Part shown: one piece after another, positions 38,403 through 47,833 of the stretch | Layout of the letters: each line of letters starts with the position of its first letter | Numbering within the stretch: the first letter of the stretch is position 1 | The notes under the pieces: generated by a model | Seen by the model: only the letters and a program-made list of their open reading frames with translations | The model's database searches: none | What the model was told of the DNA's origin: nothing | Program-made: the position numbers and the translations under genes | Assembly (NCBI GenBank): GCA_040375295.1 | Contig: JBEISR010000004.1 | Span: 122,584 to 186,583, forward strand | Direction of reading: 5' to 3' | Source: Planctomycetaceae bacterium | GTDB lineage: Bacteria; Planctomycetota; Planctomycetia; Pirellulales; Pirellulaceae | Length of the DNA: 64,000 nt

Positions 38403-39455
38403 ATGCTCCGAAGAATCGTCTCGATCGCGCTGGTGGGGCTCTGGTTGGCTCCCCAGCTTTCCGCCTTACAAGCTCAAGGAGCTCCGCCGGTGAAGGACCC
38501 TCAGTCGGCTCATTGGACGATCGTACTGCATGGCGGGGCAGGCGCAGACCCGGACCGATGGTCCGATGCGATGAAGCAGGATCGTCTGGATGGGCTGCGA
38601 TCGGCGCTGCGCGCCGGCGTGGATCGGATCCAAGAGGGTGCCGAGGCGATGGATGTCGTGGAGACGGTGGTGCGGGTCCTGGAAGATCACCCCGGGTTCA
38701 ATGCTGGACGAGGCGCGGTGCTCAACGAATCAGGTGACGCCGTCCTGGACGCTTCGATCATGGACGGACGCGATCGCAGCAGCGGAGCGATCGCCGGTGT
38801 TCGGACGATTCGCAATCCGATCACTGCAGCGCGTAGGGTTATCAGCGACACGCGTCATGTGCTGCTGATCGGTGACGGTGCAGACCAGTTTGCTCGGTCG
38901 ATTGGCCTGGAGCAGGTGGAACCAGATTACTTCAAGACTCCCGAGCAGATCGAGAAGTGGCAACAGTGGAAGGCGAGGCAGGAAGACCAGAGAAAAACTT
39001 CCCGACATCCCCTAGCGGTCGACGATCCGCTTTTCTACCTGGGAACCGTCGGCTGTGTGGTACTGGATGCGAAAGGGAATCTGGCTGCAGGCACCAGCAC
39101 CGGCGGGCTGTTGGGCAAGCAGTTTGGTCGAGTCGGGGATTCGCCGATCATTGGCGCGGGGACGTTTGCCGATAACAAAACGTGCGCCATCAGTTGCACT
39201 GGAACTGGTGAGTACTACATCCGCAACGTGATCGCGGCAACGATTGCCGCCAAGATGGAGTACGCAAAAATGCCGCTCACAAAGGCCGCCGACGAAGCGA
39301 TCCACCAGGTCCTTCCAGAAGACTCAGGCGGTTTGATCGCCGTTGATCGTCAGGGGAATGTGGCGATGCCCTTCAACACCCCAGGAATGGCACGCGGGGT
39401 GGCAGATAGCAGCGGTCGCATGGAGGTGGGCCTGGGGAAGACAATGAGCCAGTGA
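38403..39455 (+). CDS. isoaspartyl peptidase / L-asparaginase (Ntn hydrolase), secreted
   Basis: A signal peptide follows the start at 38403 (MLRRIVSIALVGLWLAPQLSALQAQG). HGGAG, FNAGRGAVLN and the autocleavage/nucleophile site GTVGCVVLD are present. Confidence 0.88.
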   Translation: MLRRIVSIALVGLWLAPQLSALQAQGAPPVKDPQSAHWTIVLHGGAGADPDRWSDAMKQDRLDGLRSALRAGVDRIQEGAEAMDVVETVVRVLEDHPGFNAGRGAVLNESGDAVLDASIMDGRDRSSGAIAGVRTIRNPITAARRVISDTRHVLLIGDGADQFARSIGLEQVEPDYFKTPEQIEKWQQWKARQEDQRKTSRHPLAVDDPLFYLGTVGCVVLDAKGNLAAGTSTGGLLGKQFGRVGDSPIIGAGTFADNKTCAISCTGTGEYYIRNVIAATIAAKMEYAKMPLTKAADEAIHQVLPEDSGGLIAVDRQGNVAMPFNTPGMARGVADSSGRMEVGLGKTMSQ

Positions 39456-39508
39456 GGAGGGAGCGGGAGATTTGAGGTCGACCCGCAGGCAACCAGGAGA
39501 GGATCGGA

Positions 39509-40267
39509 ATGCGGTTTCAGGATCGAGTCGTGATTGTCACGGGCGGCGCAATGGGGATCGGCGGCGGGTGCTGCGAGGTCTTCGCACGCGAAGGAGGCCG
39601 CGTGGCGGTAATCGATCGAGATGCCAAGGCGGCTGAATCACGCCTTGCTTCACTTCCTGGGAAGGGGCACCAGCACTGGCAGGTGGATGTGGCGGATTCG
39701 GAGCGGCTGGAGGAGGTGATCCATCAGATCGCTCAGGTGTTTGGCCGCATCGACTGCTTGATCAACAACGCTGGCGTCCATCCACCAGATTTGAAGATCG
39801 AGCAGATGACGTCGGCCGAGGCGCTGCGCGTGCAGCAGGTGAACTTTCTGAGCACTTATGCAGCTTCGCGAGCGGCGCTGGGACATCTGAAGAAGACGCG
39901 AGGGACGATTGTCAATATGAGTTCCATGACCGCTGTCCTGGGACAAAAAGGCTCGACTGCCTACGCTGCCAGCAAAGGCGCCCAGCTAAGCTTCACCAAG
40001 GCGCTAGCCCTGGAGGCAGCTCCCTATGGCGTGCGAGTCAACGCGATTCTCCCCAGCAATGTCGATACTCCGCTGATGCGTCAATGGGCAGCGACTCTTC
40101 CCGACGCCGAGGCTGCCCTCCAGCGGATCGCCGCTCTGCAACCTCTGGGTAGGATGGCGCAGCCTTCCGAAATCGGAACGATTGCCCTTTTCCTGGCGAC
40201 CGAAGACAGCAGTTTTCTTACCGGCCAGGGGATCGAGGCCGACGGTGGCGCGGCGCTCGATTACTGA
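39509..40267 (+). CDS. SDR family oxidoreductase
   Basis: TGGAMGIGGG, NNAG and YAASKGAQLSFTKALALE are present. Confidence 0.88.
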   Translation: MRFQDRVVIVTGGAMGIGGGCCEVFAREGGRVAVIDRDAKAAESRLASLPGKGHQHWQVDVADSERLEEVIHQIAQVFGRIDCLINNAGVHPPDLKIEQMTSAEALRVQQVNFLSTYAASRAALGHLKKTRGTIVNMSSMTAVLGQKGSTAYAASKGAQLSFTKALALEAAPYGVRVNAILPSNVDTPLMRQWAATLPDAEAALQRIAALQPLGRMAQPSEIGTIALFLATEDSSFLTGQGIEADGGAALDY

Positions 40268-40439
40268 GCAGCTTTCCGGCACGCGGTGCAATTTCCGGAA
40301 ATTCGTCGGCTGCCGCTTCTCTGGCGGCGGCACGCATCCTACGATTTTCCGCGATAGGTTGTAGATGTGGGTGCAGGCCAGCCTCCAATCCAAGGGCGGT
40401 GCTGACCCAAGCTGGCTTCTGGAGAAAGGGTGCTGTCCC

Positions 40440-40802
40440 ATGGACCGTTGGTTTGATTGCGAAGGGTGGTGGGAACAGTCGCTGCTAGGGCGCCAGGCGA
40501 TGGATCAACTCCAGATTTCCTGGAAAGAAGGACAGCTTCTTGGGAGCGGCCATGATTGCGTGGGGCTTTTTTCCCTGGATGGCGTCATGACTAGCGACGG
40601 GCTGATCGACATGACCAAAAGCTATGCTGGCAAGCACCGAGTCCGTTATGTCGGAACGTACGATGGTGAGGGATTGATGCAGGGGACATGGCGTCTGACC
40701 GGACAGCATGGCCCCTGGGTGATTCGATTGCGTCGACATCGGTCCACCAAGGAATCGGAGATTGCCGAGATGCGTCCGCAGAAGCAACCAGCGGGTTCGT
40801 AG
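40440..40802 (+). CDS. hypothetical protein
   Basis: ORF 40365-40802 with an internal ATG at 40440 (MDRWFDCEGWWEQ). The Trp/Gly-rich pattern (GSGHDCVGLFSLDG...YVGTYDGEGLMQGTW) looks protein-like, but I cannot name a family. Confidence 0.4.
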   Translation: MDRWFDCEGWWEQSLLGRQAMDQLQISWKEGQLLGSGHDCVGLFSLDGVMTSDGLIDMTKSYAGKHRVRYVGTYDGEGLMQGTWRLTGQHGPWVIRLRRHRSTKESEIAEMRPQKQPAGS

Positions 40803-41113
40803 CGAGATCCGCCTCTAGTGCGTTGTTCTGTATAACGGTCTGATGAAAGCCAAGTTCGCGGCTTTGTTGGGGCAACTGACTGCGGGTTTCCGCAGCAGTT
40901 GCACAAGCCGAAAGGTGCCGCCGCGACCAGGTTGTGTTGGCCGTTTTTGGTTGCCTAACGCTTCTTCGATTCAGGGGAATCTGTCTGTCTCGCACCTTCG
41001 CAATGCTGGCCTCCCTTAGCCTTAGGAGACATCCTCGCTACACTTGGCTTTTTCGCGTTGCATTGCAGCATGCTGCAGGTTTGCTACTTCTCTTCCGATC
41101 GGAGAGCTCCTCA

Positions 41114-42226
41114 ATGACTCGGTATCGACTTGCCTATTTGGTCTTTGTGCTTGGGATGGGATGCTTGCTTCTCTTGGGTGAGCGAGCTAGAGCGTGTACG
41201 GGCATCACCTTGCGGGCGAAAGATGGTGCAGTGGTTTTCGGGCGGACGCTGGAGTGGGGGGCGTTTGATCTGAATTCGCGCCTGGTGGTGATTCCCAGGG
41301 GCCTGGAGTTCCAAAGTCGATTGCAGGATGGGAAGGTGGGCCGTAGCTGGAAGGCGACCTACGGAGCCGTCGGACTGGATGTTCTGGAGAAGGATTATGT
41401 CGTGGATGGCATGAACGAGAAGGGGTTCGCAGTGAACGTCTTCTACCATCCTGGCTTTGCCGAGTATGGGGCTCTGGATCCATCCAACACTTCTTCGACC
41501 ATCGAGGTGCTTGATCTGTGTCAGTACCTGCTGACCACCTGCGCGACAGTGGAGGAAGCCAGGAAGGCCATGGCAGGTATTGCGGTAACTGCTGTCGTCG
41601 AACCGGCCATTGGGATCGCACCTCCAGTCCATCTGATCGCGACGGAACCTAGTGGTAAGGCGATCGTCATCGAATTCACTAAAGGAGTGAATCAGGTTTA
41701 TGATGCACCCCTTGGAGCGATCACCAATGCGCCCAACTACGATTGGCACATCATCAATCTGCGAAACTACCTGAACCTTTCGCCCGTGGGGATTCCCGAC
41801 AGGAGCATTGAGGAGATGAACTTCCGACCGCTGGGGGGCGGTAGCGGGATGATTGGCCTGCCGGGGGACTTCACACCTCCCTCCCGTTTTGTGCGAGCAG
41901 TGGCTTTTTCGAAGACTGCGCGCCCGACGGATACGGGGTCTGAGACGATGGTGGAACTGTTCCGCATCTTGGATAACTTCAATGTTCCTTTGGGGGCTGC
42001 CGAGGGCGAGGGAGAGGTGAAGACCAAGGGGATGCGCAGTTCGACCATTTGGACAACTGCCTACGACACAAAGAATCTGGTGCTGCGGTACCACACTCAA
42101 CACAACCGTCGGATCCGCCAAGTGGACCTCAAGAAGATCGACTTCACCAAGGCCAGGGGGTTGGTACGATTGCCACTGGATAAGGAAAAGAATGAAGACA
42201 TGGAAGAGCTGACACCAAGCCCGTAG
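41114..42226 (+). CDS. choloylglycine hydrolase family (linear amide C-N hydrolase, Ntn), secreted
   Basis: ORF 40934-42226. The ATG at 41114 follows a GGAGAG. The signal peptide ends in ...RARA|CTGITL, which exposes the nucleophile Cys. Confidence 0.83.
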   Translation: MTRYRLAYLVFVLGMGCLLLLGERARACTGITLRAKDGAVVFGRTLEWGAFDLNSRLVVIPRGLEFQSRLQDGKVGRSWKATYGAVGLDVLEKDYVVDGMNEKGFAVNVFYHPGFAEYGALDPSNTSSTIEVLDLCQYLLTTCATVEEARKAMAGIAVTAVVEPAIGIAPPVHLIATEPSGKAIVIEFTKGVNQVYDAPLGAITNAPNYDWHIINLRNYLNLSPVGIPDRSIEEMNFRPLGGGSGMIGLPGDFTPPSRFVRAVAFSKTARPTDTGSETMVELFRILDNFNVPLGAAEGEGEVKTKGMRSSTIWTTAYDTKNLVLRYHTQHNRRIRQVDLKKIDFTKARGLVRLPLDKEKNEDMEELTPSP

Positions 42227-42452
42227 TTTCGCATTCGATAGGAAAAGGGGAGAATTGGGTCGTAAGGACGCGATCACCATTCCAAGACCCATGTCTTGGT
42301 TTTGCGAGGGGCTCAGACCTTCACCCCGATCTTCGCAAGGCGAGGATCGGCAGCGTATGGCCGTTGTCCACCGCTATCCAGAAGTGCGATGACCGAAGTG
42401 GATCGGTGGGCGCGAGGGTGGTCTGGAAGCATTTGGAAGACCAGCCCAGCAT

Positions 42453-43208
42453 GTGGTTGCGATACCAGATCTGTCTGGGAAGCAATTTGGATCGCTCATG
42501 GTCAGCCATCGAAGTGAGACCCTCAGAGTGCAGATTCCCAATCTCCCCTCACTGCTCTGGATCGCCTATGCCTGCCTGCTTCTTCCTTCGGCGGCTTGGC
42601 GATCTCGCCGGGTGCTTCGCCTGTTGATGGCGGACCAGTCGACCGAAAGCCGCTGGAATTCCGCAAAGATTTGGCAGCGTAATTTGAGCCAGGCAGCGAT
42701 CCTGGGGTTGCTCTCCTGGATGGTGGGAACCACATTCGGATTTTCAGTCCGCTGGCCAGTAAAGCCTTGGCAGGAATGGTTGGCCGCTGCCTCGCTGGCG
42801 CTGCTGGCCTGTTTGTCGTTGCGAGCTTTCTTGCTTCGATGGATCCGCAGCGATCCGGAGCGGCTGAAGCTGAGTCGGTGGATGGAGCCACAGGATCGCG
42901 GCCAAAGATGGCTACGTCGATTGGCGATCGTGGTCGCAAGCGTCAGTCACGAGTTAGCCTACCGGGGCATAGGAGTGGCGATTCTCAGCTACTCACTGGG
43001 GAGCATGCCACTGGCTATTCTTCTCTGTGTTCTTGTCTACGCAGCACTTCATGCAGTGCAGGGATGGCGATCGATGATCGCCGTTGCAGCATTCGCGATC
43101 GTTCAGCATGCGTTGGTTTCCTATGCTGGGTCGCTTGTCCCCGCAATTTTGGTTCACGCCATCTACAATCTCCTAGTGGTCGAATTCCGAAGCCTGCATA
43201 CCAACTGA
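42453..43208 (+). CDS. CPBP family intramembrane metalloprotease (CAAX/Abi-type)
   Basis: Polytopic. Motif 1 is SHELAYRG (EExxxR with His at the first position), motif 2 is YAALH and motif 3 is HAIYN. Confidence 0.72.
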   Translation: MVAIPDLSGKQFGSLMVSHRSETLRVQIPNLPSLLWIAYACLLLPSAAWRSRRVLRLLMADQSTESRWNSAKIWQRNLSQAAILGLLSWMVGTTFGFSVRWPVKPWQEWLAAASLALLACLSLRAFLLRWIRSDPERLKLSRWMEPQDRGQRWLRRLAIVVASVSHELAYRGIGVAILSYSLGSMPLAILLCVLVYAALHAVQGWRSMIAVAAFAIVQHALVSYAGSLVPAILVHAIYNLLVVEFRSLHTN

Positions 43209-43242
43209 TCCGGCCTTCATTGCCGAAGGGCAAGTCCGACTC

Positions 43243-43610
43243 TTGAAGAAATGGTTCGATCCGATCCACCACGACACGATTTGGGAAAGCGGGTTCACCG
43301 CTTGGGGGAACTCGGCTGAAGAAGAGTTGCTGGAACGGTTATTAATCGATGGGGGAATTGGGATCGAGCGGATAGTCGGGAAGAGGGTTAGAAGAGCCTG
43401 GAGGGCTTTGGTACGGTATATCCGTCACGAGGAGTGTGTGGGTGGCAAGGATCCATTGGGTTCGCACGGTTGGGATTCGAGCATCCGCCCAAGGCTTGGG
43501 ATATTGGTGCCGGTAATGCAGGGTTGATTTCAGGGCGCGGCCGGCACTGAGTCGAGTCGAACCGAAGCGATCCGCCAATGATTTGTTCACGGTCTGTCTC
43601 ACCCTGTCTC
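43243..43610 (+). pseudogene. candidate decayed small cupin gene with multiple frameshifts
   Basis: Frame 1 reads ...EEELLERLLIDGGIGIERIVG. After a +1 shift it reads RGLEEPGGLWYG. Back in frame 1 it reads HEECVGGKDPLG...IRPRLGILVPV. The third frame reads SRVEPKRSANDLFTVCL. Together these trace the small-cupin pattern EELFE.LL..GGV.IERIVS.GH.SP.GFWYDQ..EWV.LL.G.A.L.F......L.PGD.L.IPA...HRVE.T....T.WLA. Confidence 0.4.
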
Positions 43611-43651
43611 ACCGCAGGGACGACGGCAGGAAGTTGTCCGGGGTGAGGCAG

Positions 43652-45391
43652 TCAGCCTTGAGTTGGTCGCCAATCGACCAGATGCATTTCGACCTTCTGC
43701 ATCCCACCGAAGTCGTTGATGACCGGCTTGAAGACGATGTCGTGCGGGCGGTTGGTATCCTGAAGTGACGGAATCCACTCTGCCTGACCGAAAGCGACTC
43801 CCCGCAGCGTGGTTCCATGCTGTTTCCATCGCATGCTGCAGTGCCGTTCACCGCTTCCCAGTGCTTTGGCAGGTTCGGCAAGGTAAACTCCGGTAGACGC
43901 TAGAAGGGGTCTTGGGTTTCCCTGTCCGAAGGGGGCGAGCTGTTCCATGGTTTTGACTGTGGCCAGATCCAGCATCCCCAAGGGGGCTTCCGCATCGATT
44001 GCGATTTCGGCTTGGGGTGTCTGGCTGCCCGACTGCATGGCAACTTGTTCGCAGAGCGCCGCGCGAAACGCTGCGACGCGCGACTCCTCAATCCGCAATC
44101 CTGCGGCGGCGGCATGGCCACCGCAACTGACCAGTAGATCGCGACATCCTTTGAGTCCTTCATGGAGATTGAAATAGCTTGGGGATCGACCCGACCCTGT
44201 TCCAGGTTTTTGTCCCAGGGGATCCAGGGCGATCAGCACGGTGGGTCGGTGGTATTTTTCCGCGATCTTTCCAGCAACTACGCCGATCACCCCCAGATGC
44301 CACTGGGGGCTAGCCAGAACCAAAGCGGGCGATTGTTCCAGATCCATTTGCTCTTTGATCTGTTTGACTGCCCCCAGATAGACGCTTCGCTCCAGTGTGT
44401 TCCGGTCCTCGTTCAGCTTTCCCAGATACTCGGCCAGAGCAGTAGCTCGCTGGGGATCTTCGGTCGTCATCAATTCGATCGCCAGCTGCGCTTGTCCCAA
44501 TCTGCCGGCTGCATTCAGGCGTGGGGCTAAGGTGAAAGCGATGTCTTCGCTATCGAGTCGTTCCTTGCCTCCCAGACGATTTGCCTGTTTGAGGGCGGCG
44601 ATCCCGAGGCAGGGTTTTTGTGCGAGGCTGATCAGGCCGTGGTGCACCAGGGTTCGGTTTTCTTCAATCAGTGGGACGACGTCGGCTACCGTACCGATGG
44701 CCGCCAGTCCGACGGCCGACAGCAGATAGTCTCGTAGTTGCGGAGTGACGCGTTGAGCCTGACAATGCTTCTGGCAGAGCGCCCAGGCGACTTTGAAGGC
44801 AACGGCTGCACCGCACAACCAGGGGAATGGGTAGCCATCAAGTCCGGGGTGCACGATGGCTGCAGCGTCGGGGAGTTGGTCCCCCATCGTATGGTGGTCA
44901 GTGATGATCAGTCGCACACCGCGCTGGCGGCAATACTCCGCTTCCCGCAGCGAAGCGATTCCGCAATCGACGGAGATGATCGTCGACTTTCCATGATCGA
45001 TCAGTCGTCCCAGAGATTCTAGGCTCAGGCCATACGGATCTTCTAAGCGATTAGGGACATAGTAGTCGACGTTACCACCGATCAACCGGATCGCTCGGAC
45101 AAGGATCGCGGCTGCCGTCATGCCATCGGCGTCGTAATCGCCGTAGACGACAATCGCTTCCTGTGCCGTTACCGCTTGGTGCAGTTGGTCTACTGCTTCA
45201 GCCACCCCGGGCAGTTGGAGCGGATCGCGAAGATCATTCAGCTTGGGGGTCAAAAAAGAAGCGACGCGGATGGGATCTTCCATGCCGCGTCGCAACAAGA
45301 GTTGAGCGATGATGGGGGAGATGTTGGCAGCTTGAGCCAGGGCATCGACGCGTGCCAGATCCACTGGTTCCAGCCGCCACCGTTTGCTCAT
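43652..45391 (-). CDS. recJ: single-stranded-DNA-specific exonuclease RecJ
   Basis: 579 aa with DHH motifs (VVYGDYDADGMTA, ITDHH) and a DHHA1 region (GGHAAAAG). Confidence 0.93.
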   Translation of the reverse strand: MSKRWRLEPVDLARVDALAQAANISPIIAQLLLRRGMEDPIRVASFLTPKLNDLRDPLQLPGVAEAVDQLHQAVTAQEAIVVYGDYDADGMTAAAILVRAIRLIGGNVDYYVPNRLEDPYGLSLESLGRLIDHGKSTIISVDCGIASLREAEYCRQRGVRLIITDHHTMGDQLPDAAAIVHPGLDGYPFPWLCGAAVAFKVAWALCQKHCQAQRVTPQLRDYLLSAVGLAAIGTVADVVPLIEENRTLVHHGLISLAQKPCLGIAALKQANRLGGKERLDSEDIAFTLAPRLNAAGRLGQAQLAIELMTTEDPQRATALAEYLGKLNEDRNTLERSVYLGAVKQIKEQMDLEQSPALVLASPQWHLGVIGVVAGKIAEKYHRPTVLIALDPLGQKPGTGSGRSPSYFNLHEGLKGCRDLLVSCGGHAAAAGLRIEESRVAAFRAALCEQVAMQSGSQTPQAEIAIDAEAPLGMLDLATVKTMEQLAPFGQGNPRPLLASTGVYLAEPAKALGSGERHCSMRWKQHGTTLRGVAFGQAEWIPSLQDTNRPHDIVFKPVINDFGGMQKVEMHLVDWRPTQG

Positions 45392-45422
45392 TCCAACTTC
45401 GCCGTCGCCAAGCGGCGCCCTG

Positions 45423-45587
45423 TTACTTTCGCTTTTCGAGGTGCAGCGTGACTCGTCGGAGACGAGGGCAGTACTTCTTCAACTGCAACTTTTCTCCCCC
45501 AGGCCGGCGGTAGAGGGTGTAGTTGATGTCGCCGGTTTCCTGGCAAACCAAAAAGACAGTTTCTTTCTTTTTCTTGCTCTTGGCCAT
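45423..45587 (-). CDS. rpmG: 50S ribosomal protein L33
   Basis: Below the 60-aa ORF-track cutoff. The reverse complement reads [54 protein letters not shown] followed by a stop. It ends 31 nt upstream of the recJ start. Confidence 0.9.
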   Translation of the reverse strand: MAKSKKKKETVFLVCQETGDINYTLYRRPGGEKLQLKKYCPRLRRVTLHLEKRK

Positions 45588-45846
45588 GTTGGACCACTAC
45601 CTGAAGGAGAATGCGATACCTTTCTTTCGGATCCGGTTGCCGCGGGTCGCTACACGGCTACGGGAACCCCAAAGTATAGGAAACAGTCGGCTCCATCGGC
45701 TAGATCAAACCAATCGATTCCTGCCGTTTCCCCTCGGGAGGGTGGTTTTCCTGCTTCGGTTGCCTCCGTTCGGCACAGGATCGTCCTGACCAGGAAAAGC
45801 CTCGATTCCCTGGATCAGTTGGATGCCCTCGCGATGCTAGCATTTG

Positions 45847-45890
45847 AAAGGTGGGTGGCACCGATTGAAAAAGGTGGGTGGCACCGATTG
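45847..45890. repeat. two tandem copies of AAAGGTGGGTGGCACCGATTG (same family as 14249-14606, opposite orientation)
   Basis: Copies lie at 45847-45866 and 45869-45890. They differ from the reverse complement of the 14.3 kb motif by a single A/G position. Confidence 0.8.
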
Positions 45891-46090
45891 TGGGCAACGC
45901 CCCAGACGGGTGGATTCTGGAGGCGATATCGATGAGTTGCCAAACCAACGGCGGTAAAGACCATGAACCTGCATTTCGGTTGCTGCCTCTGAAAACTTCT
46001 CAGCGGCGACCGCCCTGGGGTCTTTGTGAAGACCTTTTTCTCAATCGGCAATGGAGAAGGTTTCGGGGTGAAGTCGGCTCCTCCTACAGG

Positions 46091-47833
46091 CTACAGGCCT
46101 GGCTTGGGCGCCTTGACCGGCGCTTCCCAGGGCGCGGTTCCTGTGGCGTTGATTTTCCGCCGAAAGACTTTGTCCCCGCAGGTGATAAAGAGGATGTTTC
46201 GTTCCTTGCCAGACAGGACGACGTTCGCCAGTGGACCCGGCTGGGGCTTGGAGAAGATGAAGTTGGTTCGGCCCAGTTGGTCGAGCACCTGGAGTCCGTA
46301 CTCGGAGGCGACGTAGAGTCGGCCTTCGGTATCCATCGCCATGCCGTCGGCCCATCCGCTCAACTTGGCGTCGTCTTTGTGCAGATAACCGTAGGTCTGG
46401 CGGTGGGCCAGGGAACCGTCCGACTGGATCTGGTAGCAGTAGGTGAAATTGCTTCGCGAGTCGGCTACATGGAGGAGCGTCTGGTCGGCAGATGCAATCA
46501 GTCCATTCGGGAAATCAAGCCCCGAATCGACTTCACGTTTGGGGCCTTCGGGCAGCGGGACATACCAGAGTTTCTTGTTGCCGGGATCCGTGTAGTAGAG
46601 TCCATGGGGCAGGACGACCAGATCGTTGCAGGATGCATCTTCGGCGACTAACTCTTCCTTCCCTTCCATCGTATATCGCACAATCCGCTTGCGTCCCCCC
46701 TGGCATCCATAGAGCTTCCCATCCGGTCCCATCATCAAACCGCTGACGCCCCCAGTGTCCTTCGCGAACTCGGTCACTTTCCCTTCGTCGTCGACTCGGA
46801 AGATCTGGTTGCGTGGCACATCGACAAAAAACGTCGATCCCTCCGGACCAGTCGCAGGTCCTTCGGTGAACTGGTGACCCTGGCTGACCAGTTGCCAGCC
46901 TTCACCCGGAATCATCAGCTGCATGCGAGCCTTTGGGCCTTCGCTGGCGGTGATCGGTTTGGGGTAGTCCCGCCAAAGCCATCGCATGGCGTCGGGGAGG
47001 ATCGCTGCGGCATGCTTGGCGTTGTGTCCCCCATTGCCCCAAATGTGATGGACGTCGTATCCGCTGTAACGCAAGGCCGAAAGCATGCTCTGGTTAGCCA
47101 TCCACCAATCGCCTGCATAGATGTTTAGATCGTGATCACCATCCTGCAGGAATACTCGCAGCGGCTTGGGTTCGCACTTGCGGATCAGCGTCGGAAAGAT
47201 GTCGGCGCCCCGAAGACCTACGTAGGTGCCGATCGTGCTGAGCACCCGCCGAAAATGATCAGGTCGCTCCCAGGCAGCATTGAATGCACAGATCGCGCCG
47301 GAACTAGCCCCCGCAATCGCTCGATCATTCGGATCGTCGCTGATCTTCACCCGTTTATTGACCTCCGGAAGGATCTCCTCGATCAGAAACCGCGCGTAGC
47401 GATCTCCTAGGCTGTCGTATTCGAAGCTGCGGTTGAAGCGAGGCTGAGCCTGGTCCTTGGGAGGAGGGACCTGTCCATGGTCGATGAAGATCCCAATGGT
47501 GATCGGCATCTGTCCGGCATGGATCAGGTTGTCCATCACCACAGGGAGCTTCCATCCTTGCGCCATCCCCAGGCCATCCTGCACAACCATCGCGCAGGCT
47601 GGCTTGTCTCCCTGATACTGCTGAGGCACATAAAGCCAGTAGTTGCGCACGGTGCCCGGGTAGATGTTGCTTTTCCAGGGAAAAGGCCCTTCGATTTTTC
47701 CCTTTGGAACCCCTGGTTGCTCGACCGAATCCGGATGATCCGGATAGGACTCGTCCTGAGCCAATGCAGGAGCCAAGCTCCAGGGGAAAAAGGAAACCAG
47801 CAGAAGCAACATTCGCGAGAGACTGGGCGTCAT
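46091..47833 (-). CDS. secreted bifunctional-looking protein: esterase (enterochelin-esterase-like alpha/beta hydrolase) + SMP-30/gluconolactonase/LRE-like beta-propeller
   Basis: ORF 46091-47932. A signal peptide follows the start at 47833 (MTPSLSRMLLLLVSFFPWSLAPALAQ). The esterase block has IAGASSGAICAF. The C-terminal half has FTEGPA, DGKLY and ADGMAMDTEGRLYVA propeller motifs. Confidence 0.8.
   Translation of the reverse strand: MTPSLSRMLLLLVSFFPWSLAPALAQDESYPDHPDSVEQPGVPKGKIEGPFPWKSNIYPGTVRNYWLYVPQQYQGDKPACAMVVQDGLGMAQGWKLPVVMDNLIHAGQMPITIGIFIDHGQVPPPKDQAQPRFNRSFEYDSLGDRYARFLIEEILPEVNKRVKISDDPNDRAIAGASSGAICAFNAAWERPDHFRRVLSTIGTYVGLRGADIFPTLIRKCEPKPLRVFLQDGDHDLNIYAGDWWMANQSMLSALRYSGYDVHHIWGNGGHNAKHAAAILPDAMRWLWRDYPKPITASEGPKARMQLMIPGEGWQLVSQGHQFTEGPATGPEGSTFFVDVPRNQIFRVDDEGKVTEFAKDTGGVSGLMMGPDGKLYGCQGGRKRIVRYTMEGKEELVAEDASCNDLVVLPHGLYYTDPGNKKLWYVPLPEGPKREVDSGLDFPNGLIASADQTLLHVADSRSNFTYCYQIQSDGSLAHRQTYGYLHKDDAKLSGWADGMAMDTEGRLYVASEYGLQVLDQLGRTNFIFSKPQPGPLANVVLSGKERNILFITCGDKVFRRKINATGTAPWEAPVKAPKPGL

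Noticed and set aside
42296-42517. Small ORFs in the 226-nt spacer upstream of the CPBP gene, considered as a bacteriocin or precursor peptide
   Set aside because: There is no leader/core organisation, no Gly-Gly or Cys-rich pattern, and no RBS-like element. The ORFs overlap the likely CPBP start.
45384-45935. 183-aa plus-strand ORF spanning the rpmG region and repeat locus 2
   Set aside because: It is antisense to a clear L33 gene and reads through the dispersed repeats (WVAPIEKGGWHR is a repeat translation artefact). It has no protein-like features.
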